From NCBI GenBank assembly GCA_041650915.1, contig JBAZKE010000001.1:187284-251283 (forward strand): a stretch of 64,000 nt of DNA, in the 5' to 3' direction. The DNA comes from Patescibacteria group bacterium. Its GTDB lineage: Bacteria; Patescibacteriota; Patescibacteriia; UBA10025; JAHIVO01. The notes under the pieces were generated by a model. It did not search any database. It was not told the DNA's origin and saw only the letters and a list, made by a program, of their open reading frames with translations. Numbering within the stretch: position 1 is the stretch's first letter; every line of letters begins with the position of its first letter. This document shows, in pieces, positions 1-8,358 of this stretch. Made by a program: the position numbers and the translations under genes.

Positions 1-42
1 AGCGCACTCGTTGAGTAGGCATATCTTCGGCCTGGCACTGGT

Positions 43-867
43 ATGAATTTTTTTCAGGAAACCGTGCCTACCGACATCGCGCTGACCCTCGGCAGTATGG
101 CTGTACACTGGTACGGCGTGATACTGGCTGCCGCGGTACTCGTAGGATTTATTATTGCATTATACGCCGCAAAGAAAAAGCAGGTACGTGCGGACCATCT
201 GTACAACCTGTTTTTTCTTTTAACTTTTTTTTGCATTGTGGGAGGGCGGATCGGCCACGTGATTGGGGATGTTGGATACTACCTGGATCATCCCGGTAAG
301 GTAATTGCTTTTTGGCAGGGTGGCCTCGCATTCCACGGAGTAGTCCTCGCCGGACTCCTGACCGCCATCGTATATGCGAGGGTCAAACGGATTCGGTTTT
401 GGGTAATTACGGACTGCATCGTGCTCGGTCTCCCACTTATGCAGGCAATCGGTCGGTGGGGAAACTACTTTAACCAAGAGCTGTACGGGCCTCCGACCAA
501 CCTTCCGTGGGCGATCATGATTGATAGCGCTCACCGCGTGCCGGGTTACGGGACGAGTACGCTTTTTCATCCGTTGTTCCTGTATGAGTCGCTTCTTATG
601 CTCATTATTTTTGGGATTCTTTTTTCCGTTTTCCGATCGCAGCGCCTCACAGCTGGCCGCCTGACGCTGCTCTACTTTATTCTATGGGCTGCTGTGCGTT
701 TCATGCTGGATTTCTTGAGGATCGGGATGCTTGAAATCGGCCCGCTGTTGCTGACACAGTGGATTAGTATGGCGCTGCTCATTGGAGCCGCGGGGCTCTG
801 GCTGCGATTCCGTACGGCGGCGCTACCAGACGTATACCGCGAGCACGGTAAAGATCCCGAAGAATAA
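43..867 (+). CDS. lgt: Prolipoprotein diacylglyceryl transferase
   Basis: 274 aa polytopic membrane protein with the conserved Lgt signature 'GRWGNYFNQELYG' and the HWYG N-terminal motif. Confidence 0.85.
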   Translation: MNFFQETVPTDIALTLGSMAVHWYGVILAAAVLVGFIIALYAAKKKQVRADHLYNLFFLLTFFCIVGGRIGHVIGDVGYYLDHPGKVIAFWQGGLAFHGVVLAGLLTAIVYARVKRIRFWVITDCIVLGLPLMQAIGRWGNYFNQELYGPPTNLPWAIMIDSAHRVPGYGTSTLFHPLFLYESLLMLIIFGILFSVFRSQRLTAGRLTLLYFILWAAVRFMLDFLRIGMLEIGPLLLTQWISMALLIGAAGLWLRFRTAALPDVYREHGKDPEE

Positions 868-1365
868 AAGCTGGAAGAGCGCACCGATGAGCGCAGGAAA
901 ACGGTGCGTGTTGATGACATGATCAACGTAGTGGTGGATTTTTGTGTGGTGGTCGAGGAAAAAGCCAATTTTTTTAAAGAAGGCCCCGAGAATGCCCGCG
1001 CCAGCCAGTGCACGCGCGAATGCCCTCTTTTTTATGTAGCGGCAGTAGAGATCATACGTGATCCACAGTATATCGGGCAGCATCCCGCCGATAATCGCCG
1101 CCATGAGGATCGGCGCGGGCGGCAGCCCTATTTGCCGGTCCAGTGACAGTATCATAAAGGAGAGCAGCGCGCCGTCTATGCCGACGACTACCAGCGAGCG
1201 TTTCAGGTGTGAACCCCGCTTAATCCAGCGTTCAACCGGCCGGTCGCCGTGCGGGATAAAATCGAGCACGTAGTGTGAGAGCAGCGCAATGCTAAAAGCC
1301 CACCATGCATTCGGGGTGTGTTGGCTGATTACGATGCTCGCTAAGACGTGCGTCGTTACGTACAT
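823..1365 (-). CDS. Histidine-rich inner-membrane protein, possibly DUF457/YdjM-like membrane-bound metal-dependent hydrolase
   Basis: 180 aa with several hydrophobic helices and His-rich segments (HYVLDFIPHGD, DHHTKIHHYVDH). The 3' end converges on and overlaps lgt by 45 bp. Family assignment is tentative. Confidence 0.45.
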   Translation of the reverse strand: MYVTTHVLASIVISQHTPNAWWAFSIALLSHYVLDFIPHGDRPVERWIKRGSHLKRSLVVVGIDGALLSFMILSLDRQIGLPPAPILMAAIIGGMLPDILWITYDLYCRYIKKRAFARALAGAGILGAFFKKIGFFLDHHTKIHHYVDHVINTHRFPALIGALFQLLFFGIFTVLAVYVW

Positions 1366-1382
1366 GTCGTGTAGTGTGGTCT

Positions 1383-1458
1383 GGTACCAGGGGTGGGATT
1401 CGAACCCACGACCTCGGGCTTATGAGTCCCACGCTCTAACCAACTGAGCTACCCTGGC
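1383..1458 (-). tRNA. tRNA with CAT anticodon (elongator Met or Ile2/lysidine)
   Basis: Reverse complement reads gccagggtagctcagttggttagagcg...ctCATaa...ggttcgaatcc...ccctggtaCCA. D and T loops are canonical and CCA is encoded. Confidence 0.8.
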
Positions 1459-1605
1459 TCGTCGCAATGGTAATGCAAATTACGTTTCCGATAACATCGA
1501 AAATTCCACTCTGCGCGCATTACTCCTTTCCTTGCCCCGCTAGTGGGCGGTGCGCGGTAGAATTTTATTGGTTTCGCCGTTGTCTGCTTTAGGCAAACGT
1601 CGGCT

Positions 1606-1680
1606 TGGTTGCCGGGGGGGGATTCGAACCCCCGACCTCGGGATTATGAGCCCCGCGAGCTGCCACTGCTCTACCCGGCG
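1606..1680 (-). tRNA. Initiator tRNA-fMet (CAT)
   Basis: Reverse complement reads cgccgggtagagcagtggcagctcgcggggctCATaatcccgaggtcgggggttcgaatcccccccggcaaCCA. It has a C1:A72 mismatch, G-C-rich anticodon stem and GCAACCA 3' end, as in bacterial initiator tRNA (close to E. coli tRNAfMet). Confidence 0.85.
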
Positions 1681-1837
1681 TCGTTCAAATGGCACTCCAG
1701 ATTCCGTTTTCAGTGTCTATTGAAAACTTCACCCTCCGTGCCGTTTTTCCTTTTCCATACAAATGCCCAGAGCATTTGTATGGATGTTAAAGAGTCTATG
1801 CTATTATAAACGATTCTGGTGTTCTGCGCAAGTGCGT

Positions 1838-1924
1838 TGGTGCCGGAGGTGGGAGTTGAACCCACAAGAGGTTTCCCTCATGCGATTTTGAGTCGCACGC
1901 GTATGCCAGTTCCGCCACTCCGGC
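1838..1924 (-). tRNA. tRNA-Leu (CAA), type II with long variable arm
   Basis: Reverse complement reads gccggagtggcggaactggcatacgcgtgcgactCAAaatcgcatgagggaaacctcttgtgggttcaactcccacctccggcaCCA. It is 87 nt with a long variable arm. Confidence 0.85.
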
Positions 1925-2064
1925 CGATGGGTACGTTGCGTCTGCCTGTGAAATTTATCCCGTCGCAGGGTGGGGTAACCCGGCGCGTATGGCACGATTG
2001 TAGGTAAAAATGCTGTTTTTGTCAATCAATATTTGCTATACTATAGGCACTATCGCACCGCATT

Positions 2065-2844
2065 ATGCCGCGAGTAATCTCTATCGTTAACCAAAAAGGG
2101 GGCGTCGGAAAGACAACGACAGCCATCAACCTTGCGTCGTACCTGGCCCACCACGGTAAGTTTGTCCTGCTGGTTGATCTCGATCCGCAGGGCAACGCAT
2201 CGTCGGGGATTGGAATCGACCGCCGGATGGTAAACGGCGGCGTGTATGAGTCCCTCATTTCCGGTACGTCGATCCACGAAGTCACGGTTCCGACTGACGT
2301 TGACGGGCTCAAGGCGGTTCCGTCATCGGCTGATCTCGCCGGTGCCCGGGTCGAGCTTGTCGGCGTTGAGCGCCGCGAGTACCGGCTGCACGACGCCATC
2401 CTTGAGGTGCGGAATGATTACGATTACATCATCATCGACAATCCGCCATCGCTGTGCCTTCTCACCATCAACGGGCTCGTTGCGGCAGATGAGGTGCTCG
2501 TTCCCGTGCAGACCGAGTATTACGCTCTCGAAGGCCTCGGGCAGCTGCTGAACACCATCAATCTCGTGCGGGAGAATTTGAAGCCGAATATCCGCATCGC
2601 TGGGGCAGTCATGACTATGTATGATGACCGCACGAAGCTGTCGCGCGATATTTTCGAAGAGCTATACCGGTATTTTCCCGATAATATTTACCGTACGGTC
2701 ATTCCGCGCAACATCAAGCTCGCTGAGGCGCCGAGCTTTGGCAAGAGCATCCTGCACTACGACCGGCGGTCGCCGGGCGGCAAGGCGTATAAGCGCCTCG
2801 CGCGTGAGATGATTGACCAAGAGAGTACGGTCAGGCCTGTTTAG
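2065..2844 (+). CDS. parA: Chromosome partitioning ATPase ParA/Soj
   Basis: Deviant Walker A 'KGGVGKTTTAINLA' and ParA-type motifs throughout. It sits directly upstream of parB. Confidence 0.9.
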   Translation: MPRVISIVNQKGGVGKTTTAINLASYLAHHGKFVLLVDLDPQGNASSGIGIDRRMVNGGVYESLISGTSIHEVTVPTDVDGLKAVPSSADLAGARVELVGVERREYRLHDAILEVRNDYDYIIIDNPPSLCLLTINGLVAADEVLVPVQTEYYALEGLGQLLNTINLVRENLKPNIRIAGAVMTMYDDRTKLSRDIFEELYRYFPDNIYRTVIPRNIKLAEAPSFGKSILHYDRRSPGGKAYKRLAREMIDQESTVRPV

Positions 2845-2873
2845 TTTTTTATTCGATGAGCTATCGAGAGGAA

Positions 2874-3739
2874 TGAGTATGAATGCAGAAAAGAGAACGC
2901 TGGGAAGAGGCCTAAGCTCTCTTATACCGGCGGCGGGAAGAACGGATATCGGAACTGCCGGCATTACGCACGATACAGTCAGTGAGGTTCCGGTCGACCA
3001 GATTAAACCGAATCCGCACCAGCCCCGCCAGCAGTTCGACAGCGCTTCGCTCGAAGACCTAATCAACTCAATAAAGGTGCACGGCATTCTCCAGCCGCTC
3101 ATCGTCCTTCCGGTCAGGGGCGGGTATGAGCTCATTGCAGGCGAACGCCGGTTACGGGCGGCAAAAGTTCTCGGCCTGAAGCGGGTACCGGTTGTCGTCA
3201 GGAGCGCAACTGACCAGCAGAAGCTCGAGTTTGCAATCGTCGAGAACGTTCAGCGCCAGAATTTGACCCCTATAGAACGTGCATACAGCTATCGGAGCCT
3301 GGTCGATGAATTCAATATGACGCAGGAGCAGGTTGCGAAAAAGGTCAGCCAGAGCCGGGCAGCGGTTGCGAATACGCTGCGGCTGCTCGCGCTGCCTGCG
3401 CACATGCAGCAATCGTTGCTCAATGGCCGCATTACGGAAGGGCACGCCAAAGCCCTCTTGAGCGTACCTGACGAGCAGAAGCGGGAGCGGCTCTTCAGGG
3501 AGATTACCCGTGAGCAGCTCACGGTGCGCGGTACCGAGAGCCGCGCACAGAGCGTTTCGGTCAGGCAGCACCGGAGGCAGGTGAAGGGCGATCCGAATTT
3601 AAAATCAAAAGAGGATCTCCTCCAGGAATCGCTCGGGACCAAGGTTGCCGTGCGGCGGTCTGGGAGAGGAGGCACGATTACCGTGTACTACTATTCCGAT
3701 GAAGAGCTTACCGGGATTATGAAGAAAATAATTGGGTAG
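2874..3739 (+). CDS. parB: Chromosome partitioning protein ParB/Spo0J
   Basis: ParB box 'LGRGLSSLIP', GERRLRAAK motif and HTH region. The six-frame ORF begins at 2813 and overlaps parA, so the start is more likely the ATG at 2874. Confidence 0.85.
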
Positions 3740-3745
3740 CCGCAT

Positions 3746-5983
3746 ATGACGTTTTTCAATTTTTTTAAGGACGGGCCGGCTGCAGTGCAGAGCAAATCAG
3801 CGGCTGTGCTGCACTCTATTGAGTACTGGCTCTTGCTCGCAGCTGTTTTTATCCTGCCACTTTTTTTTATACCGGTCAGCAGCAATCCGCTCGAGCTCAA
3901 TAAGCTCTTTTTCTTTTACTTGGTCGTTTTTTTAGCTGCTACACTGCATATTGCGCGAGGCATGCTCTCACGTTCAGTCACGTTTTCCCGGACATTCCTT
4001 GACTGGTTTATCTGCGCATTCCTCCTGTTCAATCTGGTATCTTTTTTTATATCGCGCCACTGGTATGTCGGAGCCGTCGGGATCAGCGGATACTACAGCA
4101 GCAGCATTATTGCAGTCGTGAGCTTCATTGTGTTTTTTTACCTGATCGTGAGCATCGTCCGGTATGAACGGGATACGGTTCGGTTTCTCACCGCTCTGCT
4201 CGGTTCTGCTGCGCTCATCATTGTGTATAACTGCTTTCAGGTATACGGCATCCATCTCTTGCCCTGGGACGTGGCGGAGAACAGCGGCTTTAACCTCCTT
4301 GCGGGTTCATCGACGACGCTCGCACTCTACATCGTCTGCTGCCTCATGCTCGGCCTCGGGCTGTTGTTTTACGTCACCCAAACGTGGAAGCGGGTGCTGA
4401 TCGGGGCGGGTATCGCGCTCGGAGCATTCTTGCTGCTCCTGCTCGACAAGCGCTACGCGCTTTACGTGATCGTCATCTGTTCGTTTATCTATTTGCTGTT
4501 GCTCGCGTTCAGGTCCCGTTCGCTTCCCATATGGTGGCCGCTCGTACCGACGGTTCTGCTCCTTGTCGCCGTTGCGTCCGTATACATCGATGCGCATGAC
4601 TTTACATCGTTCACCGTGAGTGAAAGCATCCAGCTCGATGCGGCGACGTCAGCGTCGGTTGCATGGAGGAGCGTCCAGGATGCCCCCTTCTGGGGTTCCG
4701 GCCCACAGACGTTCGCGTATTCATTTTCTGAGTACCGCCCGGTTTCCTTCAATGATACGGTGCTGTGGAATGTGCGTTTCATTAAGCCATCAAATGAATG
4801 GTTCGGGCTCGCAGCGACCGTCGGAATCGGTGCGGTGCTAGCGCTGCTCGCCCTCGCTGCGGCATTCCTGGTGAAGTGCGCGCGAGTGATCTTGGCAGCC
4901 CTCGATGCCCGCCGCAGCTGGGTGCTCGTTGTCAGCATGACGCTCGGCTGGGTCTCACTTTTCATTGCAAGCTTTTTCACATCCTTCAATTTTTCTCTCC
5001 ACTTTGCGTGGTGGTTCTTGCTCGCACTCAGTTTGCGCTCGGTGATGCCGAGGAAAGTTATCGACGAGCAATATGCCTTCCGCTGGTCTCGCAAGAAATC
5101 AACGGCCGCCGCTGCCGCGCTCACCCTTGTCGCTTCTGCAACCGTCCTCATTGCCTTTTTTGGATTGAGGGTGTGGCTTGCAGATTTTCACTACCAGCGT
5201 GCTGAAGACCGGATCTCTGCTCTGAATGATATCGATGACATACAATTCGATCTCGAACGCGCCATTGACCTCAATCCTAATGAGGTGGGGTACTATCTGA
5301 CGCTCGCGCAGGGTTACGCGACCGAAGTGCAGCTAGAAGCCAGCAAAGAATCCCCCGATGCTATTAGGCTCCAGGAGCTCACGCAACTCGTCATTGATAC
5401 GCTCAGGCGGGCGGAGGAAGTTGATCCGACCAACGTCGTTCTGTACGAGCAGGAAGCCCAGCTTTACGATGGGCTCAGGAATATCATCGGAAATGCAGAT
5501 GAGGTCGCCGTTAAATCATACGCTGAGGTCATACGGTTCGAGCCGACGAACCCCCTCGCGCATCTCAACCTCGGCAGGGCGCGGCTGCTCTGGGCACTGT
5601 CGGTGCAGACGACGGCAGCCGATGACGCAGCACGGCAGCAGGCGACTGAGCTGCTCAACAGTGCCATCGTCGATTTTCGGCACGCGCGTGAGCTAAAGCA
5701 GGATTTCATAACGGCGGATTTTAATGAGGGTCTCGCGCACCAGGCGCTCGGCAACCTCGAACAAGCCCTGAGCTCGTACCAGCGGGTGCTCACGAGCTCC
5801 CCCTACTCAGCGGAAGCGTACTGGCAAATCGCGCTCGTATACGAGCAGCAGGGGAACCTTGCTGCTGCCATTAAGGAGCTCGAAACATACCTCAACCTTG
5901 ATCCTGAAAATGAGCAGGTGCTCGTCAAGCTCGATCAGCTTCGAGCTAAGGCAGCTGCTGATTCAGAAGGAGCTCAAGAGTAG
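3746..5983 (+). CDS. Polytopic membrane protein (O-antigen ligase/Wzy-like core) fused to C-terminal TPR repeats
   Basis: 745 aa. The N-terminal ~480 aa have >=10 predicted TM helices with a Wzy_C-like motif region (WRSVQDAPFWGSGPQTFAYSF). The C-terminal ~250 aa are TPR-like helical repeats (AHLNLGRARLL, AYWQIALVYEQQGNLAAAIKELETYLNLDPEN). Confidence 0.5.
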   Translation: MTFFNFFKDGPAAVQSKSAAVLHSIEYWLLLAAVFILPLFFIPVSSNPLELNKLFFFYLVVFLAATLHIARGMLSRSVTFSRTFLDWFICAFLLFNLVSFFISRHWYVGAVGISGYYSSSIIAVVSFIVFFYLIVSIVRYERDTVRFLTALLGSAALIIVYNCFQVYGIHLLPWDVAENSGFNLLAGSSTTLALYIVCCLMLGLGLLFYVTQTWKRVLIGAGIALGAFLLLLLDKRYALYVIVICSFIYLLLLAFRSRSLPIWWPLVPTVLLLVAVASVYIDAHDFTSFTVSESIQLDAATSASVAWRSVQDAPFWGSGPQTFAYSFSEYRPVSFNDTVLWNVRFIKPSNEWFGLAATVGIGAVLALLALAAAFLVKCARVILAALDARRSWVLVVSMTLGWVSLFIASFFTSFNFSLHFAWWFLLALSLRSVMPRKVIDEQYAFRWSRKKSTAAAAALTLVASATVLIAFFGLRVWLADFHYQRAEDRISALNDIDDIQFDLERAIDLNPNEVGYYLTLAQGYATEVQLEASKESPDAIRLQELTQLVIDTLRRAEEVDPTNVVLYEQEAQLYDGLRNIIGNADEVAVKSYAEVIRFEPTNPLAHLNLGRARLLWALSVQTTAADDAARQQATELLNSAIVDFRHARELKQDFITADFNEGLAHQALGNLEQALSSYQRVLTSSPYSAEAYWQIALVYEQQGNLAAAIKELETYLNLDPENEQVLVKLDQLRAKAAADSEGAQE

Positions 5984-6224
5984 CACGGAGGGCTTTTGTA
6001 ATGAGCTTAAGGCTGATTGAGGTATGCACACCAGGTGGCGTTGCTCTCATCGAGTGTCAAGCTCCCGTTTAAAAACGGGAGGTTTATGCTCGGCCAGTGG
6101 CAGCGTGTCATTATTAGCGACTGTGATTTCCATCCTGAGTGTCCACGTATGCGAGAGGCACATATTCTCATTGTCGAAGAGTTCCGGTCATGAGTGGACA
6201 GCGTACCGTGGTAATTGTTTCTAA

Positions 6225-6263
6225 CAAAAAACGCCCCGGCTTGGTGCAAGGGGCGTTTTTTTA
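6225..6263. terminator. Bidirectional intrinsic terminator between convergent genes
   Basis: aaaaaACGCCCCggcttggtgcaaGGGGCGTttttttt. The GC stem is flanked by an A-run on the left and a T-run on the right, 8 bp from the tdh stop. Confidence 0.6.
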
Positions 6264-6270
6264 CGTGTGT

Positions 6271-7260
6271 CTATTTTTTCGGCATCAATTTTTTCGTCAG
6301 GTGTATGAGCATATCTTCCGTCATTTTCGCGAGATCGTACCGCGGCTCCCAGTCCCAATCGCGCTGCGCAACGGTATCATCGATTGATCGCGGCCAGGTA
6401 TCGGCGATTGCTTGCCGCCGGTCGGGAGCAAAGGTACACGTGAAATCGGGGATGTGCTTTTTGATTTCGTCCGCGATCTGCTTTGGCGAAAAGCTCATTG
6501 CGGTAAAGTTGTACGAGAACCGCACTTTAATCCGCGGTGCGGGAGATTCCATGAGCTTGATCGTTCCCTCGATCGCATCAGGCATATACATCATCGGGAG
6601 CACCGTATCTTCCCTCAGGAATGAGGTGTACTTTTTATTCTGGATGGCTTCGTAGAAGATTTCAATTGCGTAATCGGTTGTCCCGCCTCCCGGGGGGGTC
6701 AGGTAGCTGAGCAAGCCCGGGTAGCGCAGGCTCCGGACGTCGACGCGGTATTTGTTGTAGTAGTAGTTGCAAAGCAGCTCGCCGGTATACTTCGTGATGC
6801 CGTAGACGGTATTGGGGTCCATGACCGTTACCTGCGGCGTATTTTCACGCGGCGATCCTGGCCCGAATGCCGCGATAGAGCTCGGCCAGAACACTTTTTC
6901 CATACGGTACTCTTTGGCAATGTCGAGCACGTTCTTCAGGCTGTTGATGTTGACCATCCAGGCGCTATCCGGATTTTTTTCACCCGCCGCCGAGAGTATG
7001 CCGACGAGGTGGTAGATAGTGTCAATCTTGTGCTTCTCGACGAGCGAGATGAGCACCTCCTTGTCGGTTGCGTCCCCCTGCTCGTACGGGCCCGAATCCT
7101 TTAGCTCGCCGTGCGGAGGGCGGTGGTGGCCCAGTGCCACGACATTTTCCGGACCGTACTTTTTTCTGAGCGCTAGCGTGAGCTCTGATCCGATTTGGCC
7201 GGTGGCGCCGGTAATGAGTATCTTGGGCATTGATTGAAATTTAGTGCTTAGATTTGCCAT
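6271..7260 (-). CDS. tdh: L-threonine 3-dehydrogenase, SDR/NAD-dependent epimerase-dehydratase type
   Basis: Rossmann motif 'ILITGATGQIGSEL', catalytic YxxxK ('YGITKYTGE') and 'PGGGTTDYA'. From memory of family sequences it resembles the short-chain (mammalian/Flavobacterium-type) TDH along its length. Confidence 0.7.
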   Translation of the reverse strand: MANLSTKFQSMPKILITGATGQIGSELTLALRKKYGPENVVALGHHRPPHGELKDSGPYEQGDATDKEVLISLVEKHKIDTIYHLVGILSAAGEKNPDSAWMVNINSLKNVLDIAKEYRMEKVFWPSSIAAFGPGSPRENTPQVTVMDPNTVYGITKYTGELLCNYYYNKYRVDVRSLRYPGLLSYLTPPGGGTTDYAIEIFYEAIQNKKYTSFLREDTVLPMMYMPDAIEGTIKLMESPAPRIKVRFSYNFTAMSFSPKQIADEIKKHIPDFTCTFAPDRRQAIADTWPRSIDDTVAQRDWDWEPRYDLAKMTEDMLIHLTKKLMPKK

Positions 7261-7687
7261 CCAATTATATCCACAACGCGCATAAAATGCAAACGAAGTG
7301 AGCGGCTCACGACGCTACTGTTTAGCGCTTGTTCAAGCGATTGACCTTTGGATATTTATTTGTTACAGTGAGGGCAACGTACTCATGAGTTGATCGTGTC
7401 GTACGTTGCAGAAAACAGAACGCTGTTTGACAAAGACAAAAAAAGACAGAAAAATCAACAAGCCGAGCGGGCTACCTCACCAAGCCATGGCCACATTGGA
7501 ACTTTGAAACCTGCTTTAGGTTTCGCGGGCTTTTTACTCATGAAAGGAGGCATGATTAATTGGAAACAGTTGAAGGGGGACTGTTACTAAAAACCCCCGC
7601 ATTGAGTGGTGTGGCTTGTAGCAGGCAGAGCAAGGATGTTGATGTAACAGCAAGACAACCTTTAAACGAAGAAAGTGGGGTTTCATT

Positions 7688-8197
7688 ATGAAACGCACAA
7701 TCTTGACGTTGCTGATGATGATGGTTGCGACGCTGTTTATAGTATCGGTTTCGTGCGCGAAGACCGAAGTGGTCACTACGGACTCGACGTGGGCAAGCAG
7801 TCCACCGACGTTCGCCAGCACTTTCGATACTATGACGGCAGTGTACAACAAGACGGCCGACGCACATGCGGTCGCGATGACGTATCAGGTTTCGACGGCT
7901 CCGATGTCCAAGCTGGACTATGGGCAGTATGCAGTCAATTCGCAGAAGGCAAATGAGATGACCCGGCCGGCAAATACCCGAGCGCCGGCAGCGATGCAGA
8001 ACTGCATGTTTTCGATCGACCAGATTACCTGTGGCCTGGATGAAAGCCGCGGCTCACCCAACTACACCGAGCTAGGGAACCGTGACGAATTCGCCGATCT
8101 GACTGGGATGACGATGAACAAAGCGCCAATTTCGACGGTGCTGAGTTTGATGACCGACGACCAGGGCCAAGCGATGTACCCGAACCCCTTTGCCTAA
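7688..8197 (+). CDS. Small secreted hypothetical protein
   Basis: 169 aa. N-terminal signal peptide (MKRTILTLLMMMVATLFIVSVSCA), no recognisable domain, strong terminator downstream. Confidence 0.5.
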   Translation: MKRTILTLLMMMVATLFIVSVSCAKTEVVTTDSTWASSPPTFASTFDTMTAVYNKTADAHAVAMTYQVSTAPMSKLDYGQYAVNSQKANEMTRPANTRAPAAMQNCMFSIDQITCGLDESRGSPNYTELGNRDEFADLTGMTMNKAPISTVLSLMTDDQGQAMYPNPFA

Positions 8198-8238
8198 ATC
8201 AAGCGGCGATAAGGTTCGAGTGAGTTGACATTCAAGGG

Positions 8239-8278
8239 GATCCCCGAACAGGGATCCCCATTTTTTTATTACTAAAAA
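8239..8278 (+). terminator. Rho-independent terminator
   Basis: GGGGATCCCCgaacaGGGATCCCC followed by attttttta. A self-complementary GC stem plus T-run, downstream of the 7688..8197 gene and convergent with topA. Confidence 0.6.
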
Positions 8279-8358
8279 CTACAAACGCAGGGATCGCGGC
8301 GGCTGTGTTGTTTTGGCAACGGATCAGCGCACCCGCGGAGAGGCGCGCTGAATTTTAT

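Noticed and set aside
1924-3739. Possibility that the tRNA-parAB region is the replication origin
   Set aside because: No dnaA, dnaN, rpmH or gidAB in the window, and no cluster of DnaA boxes. The only perfect box is at 43820, upstream of nrdR, and another lone near-match (ATATCCACA, about 7267-7275) in the tdh upstream region is likewise isolated. parAB can sit away from oriC in reduced genomes.
6062-6090. Hairpin ctcccgtttaaaaacgggag after the TPR-protein gene as a terminator
   Set aside because: The stem is good but the T-tail is weak (gtttatgc). The stronger bidirectional terminator at 6225-6263 more plausibly ends both convergent transcripts.
7390-7590. 66-aa ORF in the tdh / secreted-protein intergenic region
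   Set aside because: No RBS, odd composition, and it sits in what looks like a structured 5' leader. Insufficient evidence for a gene.
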